DNA of 60,839 bases, counting the filler, from Candidatus Babelota bacterium (lineage in GTDB: Bacteria > JAGOBX01): NCBI GenBank assembly GCA_017999075.1. It is 13 parts of 13 records of this genome, joined end to end, with 100 filler letters (N's around TTAATTAATTAA, not from the genome) between each part and the next. Parts side by side here need not be neighbours in the genome. Positions count along the whole stretch, not along the records: positions 19,068 to 23,707 come from JAGOBX010000335.1; positions 23,808 to 28,443 come from JAGOBX010000336.1; positions 28,544 to 33,102 come from JAGOBX010000337.1; 10 more parts are not named here. One strand, given 5' to 3'. The position numbers and the translations under genes were made by a program. The notes below the pieces were generated by a model, which worked only from the letters and a program-made list of their open reading frames with translations, ran no database searches and was not told the origin of the DNA. Shown here one piece after another: positions 19,068 to 28,544 of the stretch; the stretch's first letter is position 1, and the number at the start of each line of letters is the position of its first letter.

Positions 19068-19631
19068 TTGGAGGAACATATTTTGAATTTTTATGATCTT
19101 GTAAAAAAACGCAGCAGCGTACGTTCATATTCGGTAAAACCTGTTGAACTCGAGAAAATAGAACGATGTATTGAATCTGTAAGACTTGCTCCGTCAGCCT
19201 GCAATTCGCAACCATGGAAGTTTATAATTATAACTGATCCTCATATAAAAAATAATGTGGCTCAGGAATCTTACGGAAAACTAATTTCATTCAACAAATT
19301 TGCCGAACAAGCTCCGGTTATTGTCGCTGTAATTTCTGAACCTGCAAAATTAACCGCTCAAATCGGAGGATTGATAACTGACAAAAACTTTTATCTTATT
19401 GACATTGGGATTGCAGCAGAACATTTTTGTCTTCAAGCTTCTGAAGAAGGTCTGGGAACCTGTATGCTCGGCTGGTTCAATGAGAATAAGGTAAAAAAAA
19501 TATTAAAAGTTCCCAAAAATAAAAGAGTGATATTGCTTATCACATTGGGTTATCCGGTAAATGATAAAATTATTTCAAAAAATAGAAAAAATATTAAAGA
19601 AATATATTGTTTCAATGAATATAAAAATTAA
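19068..19631 (+). CDS. Nitroreductase family protein
   Basis: KRSSVRSY, LAPSACNSQPW, DIGIAAEHFCLQA, GLGTCMLG. Confidence 0.93.
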   Translation: MEEHILNFYDLVKKRSSVRSYSVKPVELEKIERCIESVRLAPSACNSQPWKFIIITDPHIKNNVAQESYGKLISFNKFAEQAPVIVAVISEPAKLTAQIGGLITDKNFYLIDIGIAAEHFCLQASEEGLGTCMLGWFNENKVKKILKVPKNKRVILLITLGYPVNDKIISKNRKNIKEIYCFNEYKN

Positions 19632-19649
19632 AAACGCCAAATAAAAATA

Positions 19650-20147
19650 TTATTCACATACACTATTAACATTCAGTTCAATATTTTGGCATCCGCCTTC
19701 GGTATAAAAAATTTTTTTTAAATCAACATCTACGGCAACACTTCTCCAAATTTCTCCGCCAAGAATAGATTTAGCTATTTTAAGTTTTTTCTTTTTGAAA
19801 ACTTCATTTACAGAATTTATATTAGACTGACATATAATATCATTTTTATCTTTCAACACATTACCGCCGCCTACCAGATAAAATTCAATATTTCCCAAAT
19901 CAGTCCTGTTTTCATTCATAATTTTTATCAATTCATCAACAGCATCTTCAGCATATTTTGTTTTTATTGAATTATATTTTTCCGGTGATTTTCCCGGAAG
20001 CATTATATGCGCAATATATCCTACATTATTAATTTTATCAATAGCTGCAGCAGCAATACATGAACCTATTCCATTAGCTTTCAATACAGTATTTTTCCCG
20101 CCGCATTTAACTGCTCCTGTATTAACATCAACAATCATTTTCAACAT
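19650..20147 (-). CDS. cheD: Chemoreceptor glutamine deamidase CheD
   Basis: GIGSCIA catalytic Cys motif, AHIMLP, KYAEDAV, LVGGGNV. Confidence 0.88.
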   Translation of the reverse strand: MLKMIVDVNTGAVKCGGKNTVLKANGIGSCIAAAAIDKINNVGYIAHIMLPGKSPEKYNSIKTKYAEDAVDELIKIMNENRTDLGNIEFYLVGGGNVLKDKNDIICQSNINSVNEVFKKKKLKIAKSILGGEIWRSVAVDVDLKKIFYTEGGCQNIELNVNSVCE

Positions 20148-20154
20148 ATTGCAT

Positions 20155-20352
20155 TCACTTACTTTCCGTAATTTTTCTTCTTGGTTTTGGAATCATATCT
20201 TTTTGCTTAAAACGATTGCGGATATCCTGTATAGATTTAAACCAAGCAAGTTTGCTGTCGTGTATATTATAAGCTTCATCATTTAAAATCACAAGTTCAT
20301 TTATTTCCCGCACGATTTCAGCTAAATCTATTTTTGAATCTGTTGTTTTTCC
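20155..20352 (-). pseudogene. Internal remnant of a type III restriction (Res) helicase subunit
   Basis: Hand translation: GKTTDSKIDLAEIVREINELVILNDEAYNIHDSK, frameshift, LAWFKSIQDIRNRFKQKD. This resembles the DEAH (NDEAHHIHD) region of Res subunits; no start codon or other domains. Confidence 0.65.
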
Positions 20353-20388
20353 ATAATTTATTTATCCTGCAAAATCCTGTTATCCTGT

Positions 20389-20778
20389 CTAAATCTTATC
20401 CTGTGAATTCAAAAAACGGACTTTGCGTTTGACTTCGACTTGTTTTTCTCCGAAATTTATTAGTAACCCGACGTCTTTTTTGGTCGAAACTAAATGATTA
20501 ACTAATTTCACTTCAAATTCTTTTACAATATGAGTCACTGATTTTAATTCAACAATGACAGTATTCTCGACATAAATATCCGCTCTAAACTCGCCGATAA
20601 TTTCATCGTTATCATAATATACAGTTATAGGATATTGACTTTCCGCGTGAAGGCCAGTTTTTTGTAATTCTATCATCATCGCTTTTTCATATACGCTTTC
20701 AAGATAACCAAATCCGAGTTTATTATAGACAGTAAAAGCGCAGCCGATTATTTTTTCTGTCAATTCTTCATATTGCAT
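20389..20778 (-). CDS. GxxExxY protein (PD-(D/E)XK nuclease fold), copy 1
   Basis: LGFGYLESVYEKAM (GxxExxY), FRADIYVENTVIVELKSV, GLLINFG. Confidence 0.93.
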   Translation of the reverse strand: MQYEELTEKIIGCAFTVYNKLGFGYLESVYEKAMMIELQKTGLHAESQYPITVYYDNDEIIGEFRADIYVENTVIVELKSVTHIVKEFEVKLVNHLVSTKKDVGLLINFGEKQVEVKRKVRFLNSQDKI

Positions 20779-20796
20779 TTATTAAGCCCCTTATTA

Positions 20797-20945
20797 TTAG
20801 ACAGGATAACAGGATTAAACAGGATATTCTGAAAATAATTTTTAATAATCATTTGTTATATTTCCTGAAAACACGCTGCCACAAAATTAATTATTTATTT
20901 ATTTTTTATGACTTTTATCCTGCAAAATCCTGTTATCCTGTCTAA
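20797..20945. repeat. Long imperfect inverted repeat (tripartite CAGGAT arms around a ~90-nt AT-rich spacer) between the GxxExxY copies; further arm copies at 20363-20392 and 21412-21441
   Basis: TTAGACAGGATAACAGGATTAAACAGGATA (20797-20826) versus TATCCTGCAAAATCCTGTTATCCTGTCTAA (20916-20945). Confidence 0.88.
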
Positions 20946-21214
20946 ATCTTATCCTGTGAATTCAAAAAACGGACTTTGCGTTTGACTTCGACTTGTTTTT
21001 CTCCGAAATTTATTAGTACCCCGACGTCTTTTTTGGTCGAAACTAAATGATTGACTAATTTCACTTCAAATTCTTTTACAATATGAATCACTGATTTTAA
21101 TTCAACAATGACAGTATTCTCGACATAAATATCCGCTCTAAACTCGCCGATAATTTCATCGTTATCATAATATACAGTTATAGGATATTGACTTTCCGCG
21201 TGAAGGCCAGTTTT
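20942..21214 (-). CDS. GxxExxY protein, copy 2 (5' part lies in the scaffold gap)
   Basis: 553-bp offset duplicate of copy 1 with three substitutions (L->V, T->I, one silent). Confidence 0.8.
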   Translation of the reverse strand, partial: KTGLHAESQYPITVYYDNDEIIGEFRADIYVENTVIVELKSVIHIVKEFEVKLVNHLVSTKKDVGVLINFGEKQVEVKRKVRFLNSQDKI

Positions 21215-21314
21215 NNNNNNNNNNNNNNNNNNNNNNNNNNNNNNNNNNNNNNNNNNNNNNNNNNNNNNNNNNNNNNNNNNNNNNNNNNNNNNNNNNNNNN
21301 NNNNNNNNNNNNNN

Positions 21315-21441
21315 ACAGGATATTCTGAAAATAATTTTTAATAATCATTTGTTATATTTCCTGAAAACACGCTGCCACAAAATTAATTATTTATTTATTT
21401 TTTATGACTTTTATCCTGCAAAATCCTGTTATCCTGTCTAA
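21315..21441. repeat. Second copy of the CAGGAT hairpin/spacer unit, upstream of GxxExxY copy 2
   Basis: Matches 20819-20945. Confidence 0.85.
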
Positions 21442-21452
21442 TTTTCATTATT

Positions 21453-21650
21453 TCAAACTTTAATATCAATAATTTTCATCGTATCATTACCAAAAACATC
21501 CACATTGCATACTTCATTATTTTTCCCGTTCCATACAAGCTCGATTTCGCGTTTATCGTCAAATAATAAAAATGTATATTTTTCCGGCAACGGCTTATTG
21601 TTTTCCAAACACTTAACAATTTCCCGTTTTTTAGAATCAATTAAAAACAT
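21453..21650 (-). pseudogene. Type III R-M Mod (DNA methyltransferase) gene reduced by a large in-frame internal deletion
   Basis: N-terminal KPLPEKYTFLLFDDKREIELVWNGKNNEVCNV is joined directly to C-terminal VDVFGNDTMKIIDIKV*. Both resemble the ends of Mod proteins, and the catalytic DPPY/F and FxGxG motifs are absent. Confidence 0.68.
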
Positions 21651-21789
21651 TTATTCCCAAATATGGCAGATACCGTAGTCGCCAGCCATTGCCGTAGCTT
21701 TTGGATATGACAAAGTCATCGAATCAAATGAATGACAATAGCGACGATAAGTCCCACATAAACGCTTACACTTGCTGCATTTTTTCAGA

Positions 21790-23706
21790 TTATTCTTTCA
21801 AATTATGAATTATAATGGAATAATCGTCTTCAGTAACCCATCCGGAATTATTTATATCCCCTTTCAACGGAGAATCAACCTGTTTTCCAAAATAATAAAA
21901 TAATATCGACAAATCATCTAAAGTTATATTTCCTGACATATCAAGATCTCCTCCTGAAAGCTGTAATGTCCCGGAATTGACTACTGTATCTGTATCTATT
22001 ACAATATTATTATAAGTTTCAATTTTATAAGCACTCGCATATAATTGCAAATTATATGTGCCTGGTATAATATTTTGAAGAATTAAATATCCGGTTGAAT
22101 CAGAAACAGCACAGTATGTATCTGAAATACTTCTGAAAACTGCCGAACAACCTGAGTTATCAGTCCTGCCCTGAAGTAAAACAAATCCATATAACCTGTT
22201 CGGATAATATAATCTTATAGAAACAGTATCATAATCAGTATACCCGAATTTAGTCGATAATTTTATTATAACCGAGTCTCCCGGATAATGAAGACGCGCA
22301 GTTCCAGTCCATTGCTGATTCAAAGAAGTTATACTTATAACAGAATTTAAAACCGTATCAGAAAAAATTTCAACAGTATCTCCGAAATTTATATTTATTG
22401 CTGTACCAGAAATTGTCACTTCAATTGAACAAGTATCATAAACCTGAGAATCCGGAAAAGTTATCTTAACATCTGGCGCCTGATAATAACCAGCAGTAAT
22501 AGTGTCAAACGCATTTCTACCGAATTTATCAATTATTTGTACTGTTATAGAATCATAATAACCGGATATTGAAGCAGTACCCGAAAAATTTCCGTTTAAT
22601 ACTGTAATTACATTATTAGATTGAAAAACTGAATTAACAAAAATATTTACCGTGTCTCCAGAACCGGCATTTAGTACACTGCCTCTAATTTCAAAATTAT
22701 TTACTGATGTATCAAAACTTGAAGTATTCGGATATGTTATTTCAATACTTAAAGAACCAAAATAGTTTATTATTCTCGTGTCAGCGGCTATCACGCTTGA
22801 TTGTCTTATTAAACAGGCACTGACAGTATCATTATATCCTGATAGAGATACTGTCCCTGTCCATTGATTCAAATTTACTGACGCAGAGCTTTGAAGCGCT
22901 GAGTTAACATACAATTCAACGCTGTCTCCTGAAGCTCCATTTGTTAAAGTCCCTGAAACAGATATAATCTGAGAAACAGTATCATAATAATTTTGCATTG
23001 AAATATTAATTCCAGCCAAGTTATACCAGTAATAAACCTGTGTTCCAGAAGCAAGTCCTGATGAAGCTGCAGTAAAAACAACAGTTTCCGAAATAGAATC
23101 CCTACACACTACAATTCCCTGACCTTCATTCAAAAAACCAGTAACAGGTCCGTTCGGAATTCCTGATGCCGAATTTAATGTTGAAGAAACATATTTGGCA
23201 GAAGCGTTATTGGTCAAAGATAATATAGTAGAATTATAATTTTTATCCCTATTTCCATAAATGTCCGAAGCAGTTATATTTAAGGCAGCTGTATCTCCAA
23301 CTGAAGAAACACTGGTTCCCGATGACAAAACCAATTTAACAGCAGACACATTCACGCTTGAATTTCCTGCAGAATTAATCGTTCCTGAAACAGGCAGGCT
23401 GCCTGCATTCTGTAAAACTAATCCTCCGGAATTTATATAAGCGTCAAGTATGTTATTATCTGTAACAACAGTATCAATGTCATAAGTTACAAATAATCTT
23501 AACCCTGAATTTTCAAAAATATCCGTATCAAAAACAGCAGTGCCCGATACAAAATAAGAATTTCCGATTAAAGTGTCTGTTCCTAAACCTTGAAAACCGC
23601 TTGCACCGTTATCAACCCACAATTTTAGTCGTCTAACATCAGAATCATCGGTGTTGTTCGAAGAAATACTAATAGATAATATTGTATCATTCAACACCGG
23701 ATTACT
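21790..23706 (-). CDS. Large surface protein: Ig-like repeats, carboxypeptidase-regulatory-like domain, C-terminal dockerin type I, 5' partial
   Basis: Repeated ISGT..GDTVEI..WTGT units; GDLDMSGNITLDD and GDINNSGWVTEDD dockerin EF-hand pair. Confidence 0.8.
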   Translation of the reverse strand, partial: SNPVLNDTILSISISSNNTDDSDVRRLKLWVDNGASGFQGLGTDTLIGNSYFVSGTAVFDTDIFENSGLRLFVTYDIDTVVTDNNILDAYINSGGLVLQNAGSLPVSGTINSAGNSSVNVSAVKLVLSSGTSVSSVGDTAALNITASDIYGNRDKNYNSTILSLTNNASAKYVSSTLNSASGIPNGPVTGFLNEGQGIVVCRDSISETVVFTAASSGLASGTQVYYWYNLAGINISMQNYYDTVSQIISVSGTLTNGASGDSVELYVNSALQSSASVNLNQWTGTVSLSGYNDTVSACLIRQSSVIAADTRIINYFGSLSIEITYPNTSSFDTSVNNFEIRGSVLNAGSGDTVNIFVNSVFQSNNVITVLNGNFSGTASISGYYDSITVQIIDKFGRNAFDTITAGYYQAPDVKITFPDSQVYDTCSIEVTISGTAININFGDTVEIFSDTVLNSVISITSLNQQWTGTARLHYPGDSVIIKLSTKFGYTDYDTVSIRLYYPNRLYGFVLLQGRTDNSGCSAVFRSISDTYCAVSDSTGYLILQNIIPGTYNLQLYASAYKIETYNNIVIDTDTVVNSGTLQLSGGDLDMSGNITLDDLSILFYYFGKQVDSPLKGDINNSGWVTEDDYSIIIHNLKE

Positions 23707-23809
23707 TNNNNNNNNNNNNNNNNNNNNNNNNNNNNNNNNNNNNNNNNNNNNTTAATTAATTAANNNNNNNNNNNNNNNNNNNNNNNNNNNNNNNNNNNNN
23801 NNNNNNNCA

Positions 23810-24634
23810 AGAAAATCAACAACAATAAAAATGCTGACAGGAATACTTACTCCTGACTCCGGAGAAATTACTGTAAACGGTTATATTCCATATAAACAAA
23901 GGATAAAAAATAATTTTCAGATAGGAGCAGTATTCGGACAGCGCACTCAATTGTGGTGGGACGTACCTGTTATAGAATCATATAAATTAATAAAAAAAAT
24001 TTATGAAGTGCCTGACGATATTTATAAAAAAAACCTGCAGCAGTTTACAGAATTACTCGGATTAGAAGATTTATTAAATACTCCTGTAAGGCAGCTCAGT
24101 TTAGGCCAAAAAATGCGCTGTGAGATATGCGCAGTTTTTATTCATAATCCGAAAATAGTATTTCTTGATGAACCGACTATAGGCCTTGATGTAATGGTAA
24201 AAGATAAAATCAGAAAATTTATAAAAAAACTGAATGCCGATAAAAAAATCACAGTTATACTTACAACCCATGATTTACAGGATATCGAAGAAGTATGCAA
24301 TAGAATAATAATTATTGACAAAGGAATAATCATTTACGACGGAACAATTAACAATATTAAAGATAAATTCGGTAAATACAGAGTCATATCATTCAAAATT
24401 AACAATGCCAAAGAAAACATCCATCAGTTGTTTTCAAAAAATAAAAACCTGGAAATTATTGAAAAAGATGAATATAATTTATCAATCAAATTCAACAGAA
24501 CAAATATTACTGCGGCAACTGTCATAGAACTTGTTTCAGAATACTGCAAAATAATTGATTTAAGTATTTCCGAACCATCTATAGAATCTATTGTGAAAGA
24601 TATATTCAATCCTGAAAATTCAGTTCAAAACTGA
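23810..24634 (+). CDS. ABC exporter ATP-binding subunit, 5' partial
   Basis: KSTTIKMLTG, FGQRTQLWWD, LSLGQKMR, FLDEPTIGLD. Confidence 0.92.
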   Translation, partial: RKSTTIKMLTGILTPDSGEITVNGYIPYKQRIKNNFQIGAVFGQRTQLWWDVPVIESYKLIKKIYEVPDDIYKKNLQQFTELLGLEDLLNTPVRQLSLGQKMRCEICAVFIHNPKIVFLDEPTIGLDVMVKDKIRKFIKKLNADKKITVILTTHDLQDIEEVCNRIIIIDKGIIIYDGTINNIKDKFGKYRVISFKINNAKENIHQLFSKNKNLEIIEKDEYNLSIKFNRTNITAATVIELVSEYCKIIDLSISEPSIESIVKDIFNPENSVQN

Positions 24635-24648
24635 TTTTCATTTTTTGA

Positions 24649-25470
24649 ATGCATCAAATAAAATATATGATAAAAACTATAAAAACTTTTTCTGCTTTTA
24701 TAAAACTTGCCGTTAAAATAAATTCAGCTTATATAACTGCGGTATGGGCTTCTATAGCTATAAACACTATTCAAATAATAATATTTTATTATATATGGAT
24801 GTCAGTTTACAGATCAGACACTGTTATAAACGGCATATCAAAACAAAATATAATAACTTACATTATTTTAGCCAGAATTCTATGGATGCAAATAGATTTC
24901 GGAATAAATCTTCAAATAAGTTCAATGATAAATACCGGAGGAATTGCAATAGAACTTGTAAGACCTGTTGATTTTCAATTCATGATGTATTCGTTAAGAT
25001 TCGGAGATTTTATTTCTTTTCTCATAATAAGCGGAACACCGGTTTTAATGATTTCCATATTAATTTTCAATTTTACTTTACCGCCATCGTTTCATCATCT
25101 GGCATTATTCAGTATAAGCCTTATATTCGGTATTACTATAATATTTTTTATTGAATACTGTGTTGGATTAATTTCATTTTATACTCAAAACGGTTGGGGA
25201 ATACATACAATGAAAGTTGCGGTAATATCATTTCTAACCGGAGCTGTAATACCCCTGGATTTTTTCCCCGGTATATTAAAAACAATTATATTCTATCTTC
25301 CATTTAAAGACATTATATACGTGCCTATTTCTATTTATCTTGGAATAAGACCTCTTCCTCAATTATACTCAGCTTTATCAGTTCAATTATTATGGTGCAT
25401 TATATTATTGATTTTTTCAAGAATTATTTTCCGGATATCAGTAAAAAGAAATTCAGTTCATGGCGGATAA
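24649..25470 (+). CDS. ABC-2 family permease (DUF990-like)
   Basis: About 6 TM segments; GGIAIELVRPVD, GAVIPLDFFP, LPFKDIIYVP; ends VHGG. Confidence 0.85.
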   Translation: MHQIKYMIKTIKTFSAFIKLAVKINSAYITAVWASIAINTIQIIIFYYIWMSVYRSDTVINGISKQNIITYIILARILWMQIDFGINLQISSMINTGGIAIELVRPVDFQFMMYSLRFGDFISFLIISGTPVLMISILIFNFTLPPSFHHLALFSISLIFGITIIFFIEYCVGLISFYTQNGWGIHTMKVAVISFLTGAVIPLDFFPGILKTIIFYLPFKDIIYVPISIYLGIRPLPQLYSALSVQLLWCIILLIFSRIIFRISVKRNSVHGG

Positions 25471-25582
25471 TGTAAAAACAAACAGTTATAAAATTCGCAT
25501 AAAACAAAACAGAAAAAACATATTTTTTATTGAATTATTTTTAAAAAAGCGTCCTATAATTATTTTTTTAGAAGATTATAAT

Positions 25583-25610
25583 TTGACTTTTTAATTTTCC
25601 AAAATATACT
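25583..25610 (+). promoter_or_regulatory. Putative sigma70 promoter
   Basis: TTGACT-16 nt-TATACT upstream of the 25653 start. Confidence 0.45.
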
Positions 25611-25652
25611 TATTTTGCATTTTAACAATTATTTTTAATTTTTTATATTTGA

Positions 25653-27395
25653 ATGAATAAAAATATTATTGCATTATTATTGTCTGTAATTTTTGTTTTG
25701 ATTATTTTTAGAGCGCTTGTACTCAATTATAATACCCATCTCATTAATGCAGCTCCATATACTTCATTATCTACCCAGCGATGTATTGAAGACAAATATG
25801 TTTTTTTATGGAGTTTATGGTGGACTGACAGAGCTCTTCAAGGTAAAAACCCGCTTTTAACAACTAATTTTCTTTTTGATTTTTCGCCTACTTCATTAAT
25901 ATATAACACCAATTCAATATACCAGCATTTTATCAGTAAGCCATTCATAAAAATTTTAAAACCGGATTCAGGAGTTTATATTGCACAATACAATATTTAT
26001 CTTATAATTACAAGGATTTTATCTGTTTTTTTCATGTTTGTTTTATTGAACTACATAACCCCTGAAAATTTTATTTCAAACATGTTTCTCTCTTTTCTGT
26101 TCATACTTCATCCATACGTATTCAAACTCACTGATCAGTTAAACATTGCATCAACAGAATTATTCCCTCTGCTGATATATTTTTTATTAAAATTCAGCAA
26201 TACAGAAAATTTCAAATATTCATTTTTCATCGGAATATTGTTATCTTTACAAATTTTTTCAAGCCCGAATTATTGGGCAGCTTCATTAATTATAATAGCA
26301 ACATGGTGCGTATTTTGTTTTTTTTCTAAAATAAAAAATATAAAAAAAACAATTTTTTCATTAATAATAATATTTGCAACACATACTTTTTTAATTTCCC
26401 CGTTTTTATATCAGGTATTTTTTTCAAATATTGACAAAAACATTCCTGTTTTTTATCCATTGAAATATACGTATCTTCTTTCAATAAATATAAAAGACCT
26501 TTTTATTCAGCACAGCCACTACAGTGTTTATTTCGGTTACTTCTTATTATCAATTCTTTTGTTTTCATTTTTTATAAATAAAAATTTTAATTTAAAATTC
26601 GGGTTATCTTTATTTTTCACATTTTTAATATTATCCTTAGGAGCATATCTTTGTTTTGATAACTTTCATAAAATATTCAGCAACGAATTATATTACATTT
26701 TAAAAAGTATTGCAGGAGAACCATTCGCAAATAAAGCAAAAGATTATTTGGGAATTCCATTACCCTACATACTGATAAACAAACTGCCTGTAATAAAAGG
26801 TTTCAGAGCACCTTATCTTTTTTTTATTATAGTTCTGATATCTATGCTTTTTTCAGCTTCTTTTGTTTTTAACAGTCTGAAAGTAAACAAAAAATTAAAG
26901 TTACTCATTTTAATCACTTTTTTTTCAGTTTCAGTAATTGAATATTCTCCTTACAAATATAACTTAACAAAAATAATTATTCCTGATTTTTATAACATAA
27001 TAAAAAATGATACTTCAGAAAAATCAGTTTTGGAAATACCTGTTTCTCGCGATAGAAATCATTATATGTATTTTCAGACTTATCATGAAAAAAAATTACT
27101 TTTATCAGGCGTGATTTCAAGATTCAATTATAAACAAAAACTAAAACCTTTAATTTATATAGAAGATGATTTTATTGATACACCCTATTATTCTGGCGGA
27201 AGAAAAATTTGGTTTAAAGAATGGCAGGCAAAAACTGATTGGAAAACATTATCAGAAAAATATAACGTAGGATACATAGTTTTCCATAAAAATCTATTAA
27301 ATCAATCCGGATTAAATAAACTAAAAAAACTGGTTGCAGAAAATTTTTTCAAACTTATTTACGAAGATGAATACGATACTGTACTTAAAATATAA
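25653..27395 (+). CDS. Polytopic membrane protein, probable GT-C-type glycosyltransferase
   Basis: Many TM segments; FLWSLWW, GFRAPY, VLEIP and YMYFQTYHEK motifs; next to a GT2 gene. Confidence 0.65.
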   Translation: MNKNIIALLLSVIFVLIIFRALVLNYNTHLINAAPYTSLSTQRCIEDKYVFLWSLWWTDRALQGKNPLLTTNFLFDFSPTSLIYNTNSIYQHFISKPFIKILKPDSGVYIAQYNIYLIITRILSVFFMFVLLNYITPENFISNMFLSFLFILHPYVFKLTDQLNIASTELFPLLIYFLLKFSNTENFKYSFFIGILLSLQIFSSPNYWAASLIIIATWCVFCFFSKIKNIKKTIFSLIIIFATHTFLISPFLYQVFFSNIDKNIPVFYPLKYTYLLSINIKDLFIQHSHYSVYFGYFLLSILLFSFFINKNFNLKFGLSLFFTFLILSLGAYLCFDNFHKIFSNELYYILKSIAGEPFANKAKDYLGIPLPYILINKLPVIKGFRAPYLFFIIVLISMLFSASFVFNSLKVNKKLKLLILITFFSVSVIEYSPYKYNLTKIIIPDFYNIIKNDTSEKSVLEIPVSRDRNHYMYFQTYHEKKLLLSGVISRFNYKQKLKPLIYIEDDFIDTPYYSGGRKIWFKEWQAKTDWKTLSEKYNVGYIVFHKNLLNQSGLNKLKKLVAENFFKLIYEDEYDTVLKI

Positions 27396-27474
27396 TAATT
27401 TTACCCCAAATAGCAGACACCAGGAAAAACAAGAATTATGTTTTTCAACATTTGAGGAGGAATTTGCCGTATAA

Positions 27475-28356
27475 ATGAAAACTTCAAGTTTATCAATAAT
27501 CATTCCTTGTTTCAATGAAGAAAAAATACTTTCTTTTTCAATCGATACCTTGCTGAATTATCTTAATCCTAAAAATTTGAATTACGAACTAATAATTGTA
27601 GATGACGGCAGTTCTGACAATACGTTCAATATAGCCTGCGGTTATTCAAAAAAAAATACCCGTATAAAGGCCTATAAAACAGAAAAAAATTTCGGAAAAG
27701 GACATGCAGTCAGATATGGTATCGAAAAGTCAAATAATGACATTTTATTTTTTATTGACGCTGATATAACTTATGACCTGTCTGCTATTGAAGAAATGCT
27801 TAAAATATACGAAGAAACCAATACAGTCATGGTATGCGGTTCAAGACATCTTAAAAATAATAAGACTTATAATAAATTTCCATTATTACGGCAAATTACC
27901 GGTTATATATTTTCTCTAATAATCAGATTTTTTTTGTTTTCTGACGTGGTCGATTCTCAATGCGGTTTTAAAAGTATTAAAAGTAATATTATAAAACAAA
28001 TTGCAAAAAATTTCACTATAAACAGATTCGGATATGATATGGAACTTCTTTATTACGTAAAAAAAGTTCTCCGTCATAAAGTCGTATTTATTCCGGTAAA
28101 CCCGGTAATTATAAGAAATGAATCCAAAGTCAATATTATTTCAGATTCAATCATAATGATTTTAGATATTATAAAAATTAAATTTAATTTCTTTTTCAAA
28201 AATAATTCAAAAAAAAATAATATATCTTCAATTATAAGCGGTTCTTATCAATTTGAGGCTTTAAATAAAGGAAATATTATTCAAAAATTCTGGCATAAAG
28301 AAAAAAATCTTATCGCAAAAAAAATTTTAAAAAATACAATTCTTATTTTGTTTTAG
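27475..28356 (+). CDS. GT2 glycosyltransferase (dolichyl-phosphate glucosyl/mannosyltransferase-like), apparently a frameshifted fusion to a methyltransferase
   Basis: IIIPCFNEE, IVDDGSSD, NFGKGHAV, FIDAD, DSQCGFK. Confidence 0.88.
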   Translation: MKTSSLSIIIPCFNEEKILSFSIDTLLNYLNPKNLNYELIIVDDGSSDNTFNIACGYSKKNTRIKAYKTEKNFGKGHAVRYGIEKSNNDILFFIDADITYDLSAIEEMLKIYEETNTVMVCGSRHLKNNKTYNKFPLLRQITGYIFSLIIRFFLFSDVVDSQCGFKSIKSNIIKQIAKNFTINRFGYDMELLYYVKKVLRHKVVFIPVNPVIIRNESKVNIISDSIIMILDIIKIKFNFFFKNNSKKNNISSIISGSYQFEALNKGNIIQKFWHKEKNLIAKKILKNTILILF

Positions 28357-28442
28357 ATGCAGGTTCGGGAGCAGGTAATTTTTTCTATATTAACAAAAAC
28401 GATTTTAAAATTATTTCTATTGATAAAAATTTTTATTCGTGC
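28332..28442 (+). CDS. Class I SAM-methyltransferase domain in the -1 frame, continuing the GT2 ORF, 3' partial
   Basis: The alternative frame reads KYNSYFVLDAGSGAGNFF..IISID (motif I) right after the A8-T4-A6 tract. Confidence 0.6.
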
Positions 28443-28544
28443 CNNNNNNNNNNNNNNNNNNNNNNNNNNNNNNNNNNNNNNNNNNNNTTAATTAATTAAN
28501 NNNNNNNNNNNNNNNNNNNNNNNNNNNNNNNNNNNNNNNNNNNA

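Noticed and set aside
20389-21214. DGR template/variable repeat pair
   Set aside because: Only three differences, not confined to adenines of one copy; the whole gene plus flank is duplicated, and no reverse transcriptase is visible.
21655-21785. GC-richer patch between the mod stub and the dockerin gene
   Set aside because: No convincing ORF, repeat or fold recognised; possibly a gene scrap.
23808-23830. Walker A reading RKST instead of GKST
   Set aside because: It falls in the first bases of a contig, where sequence is unreliable.
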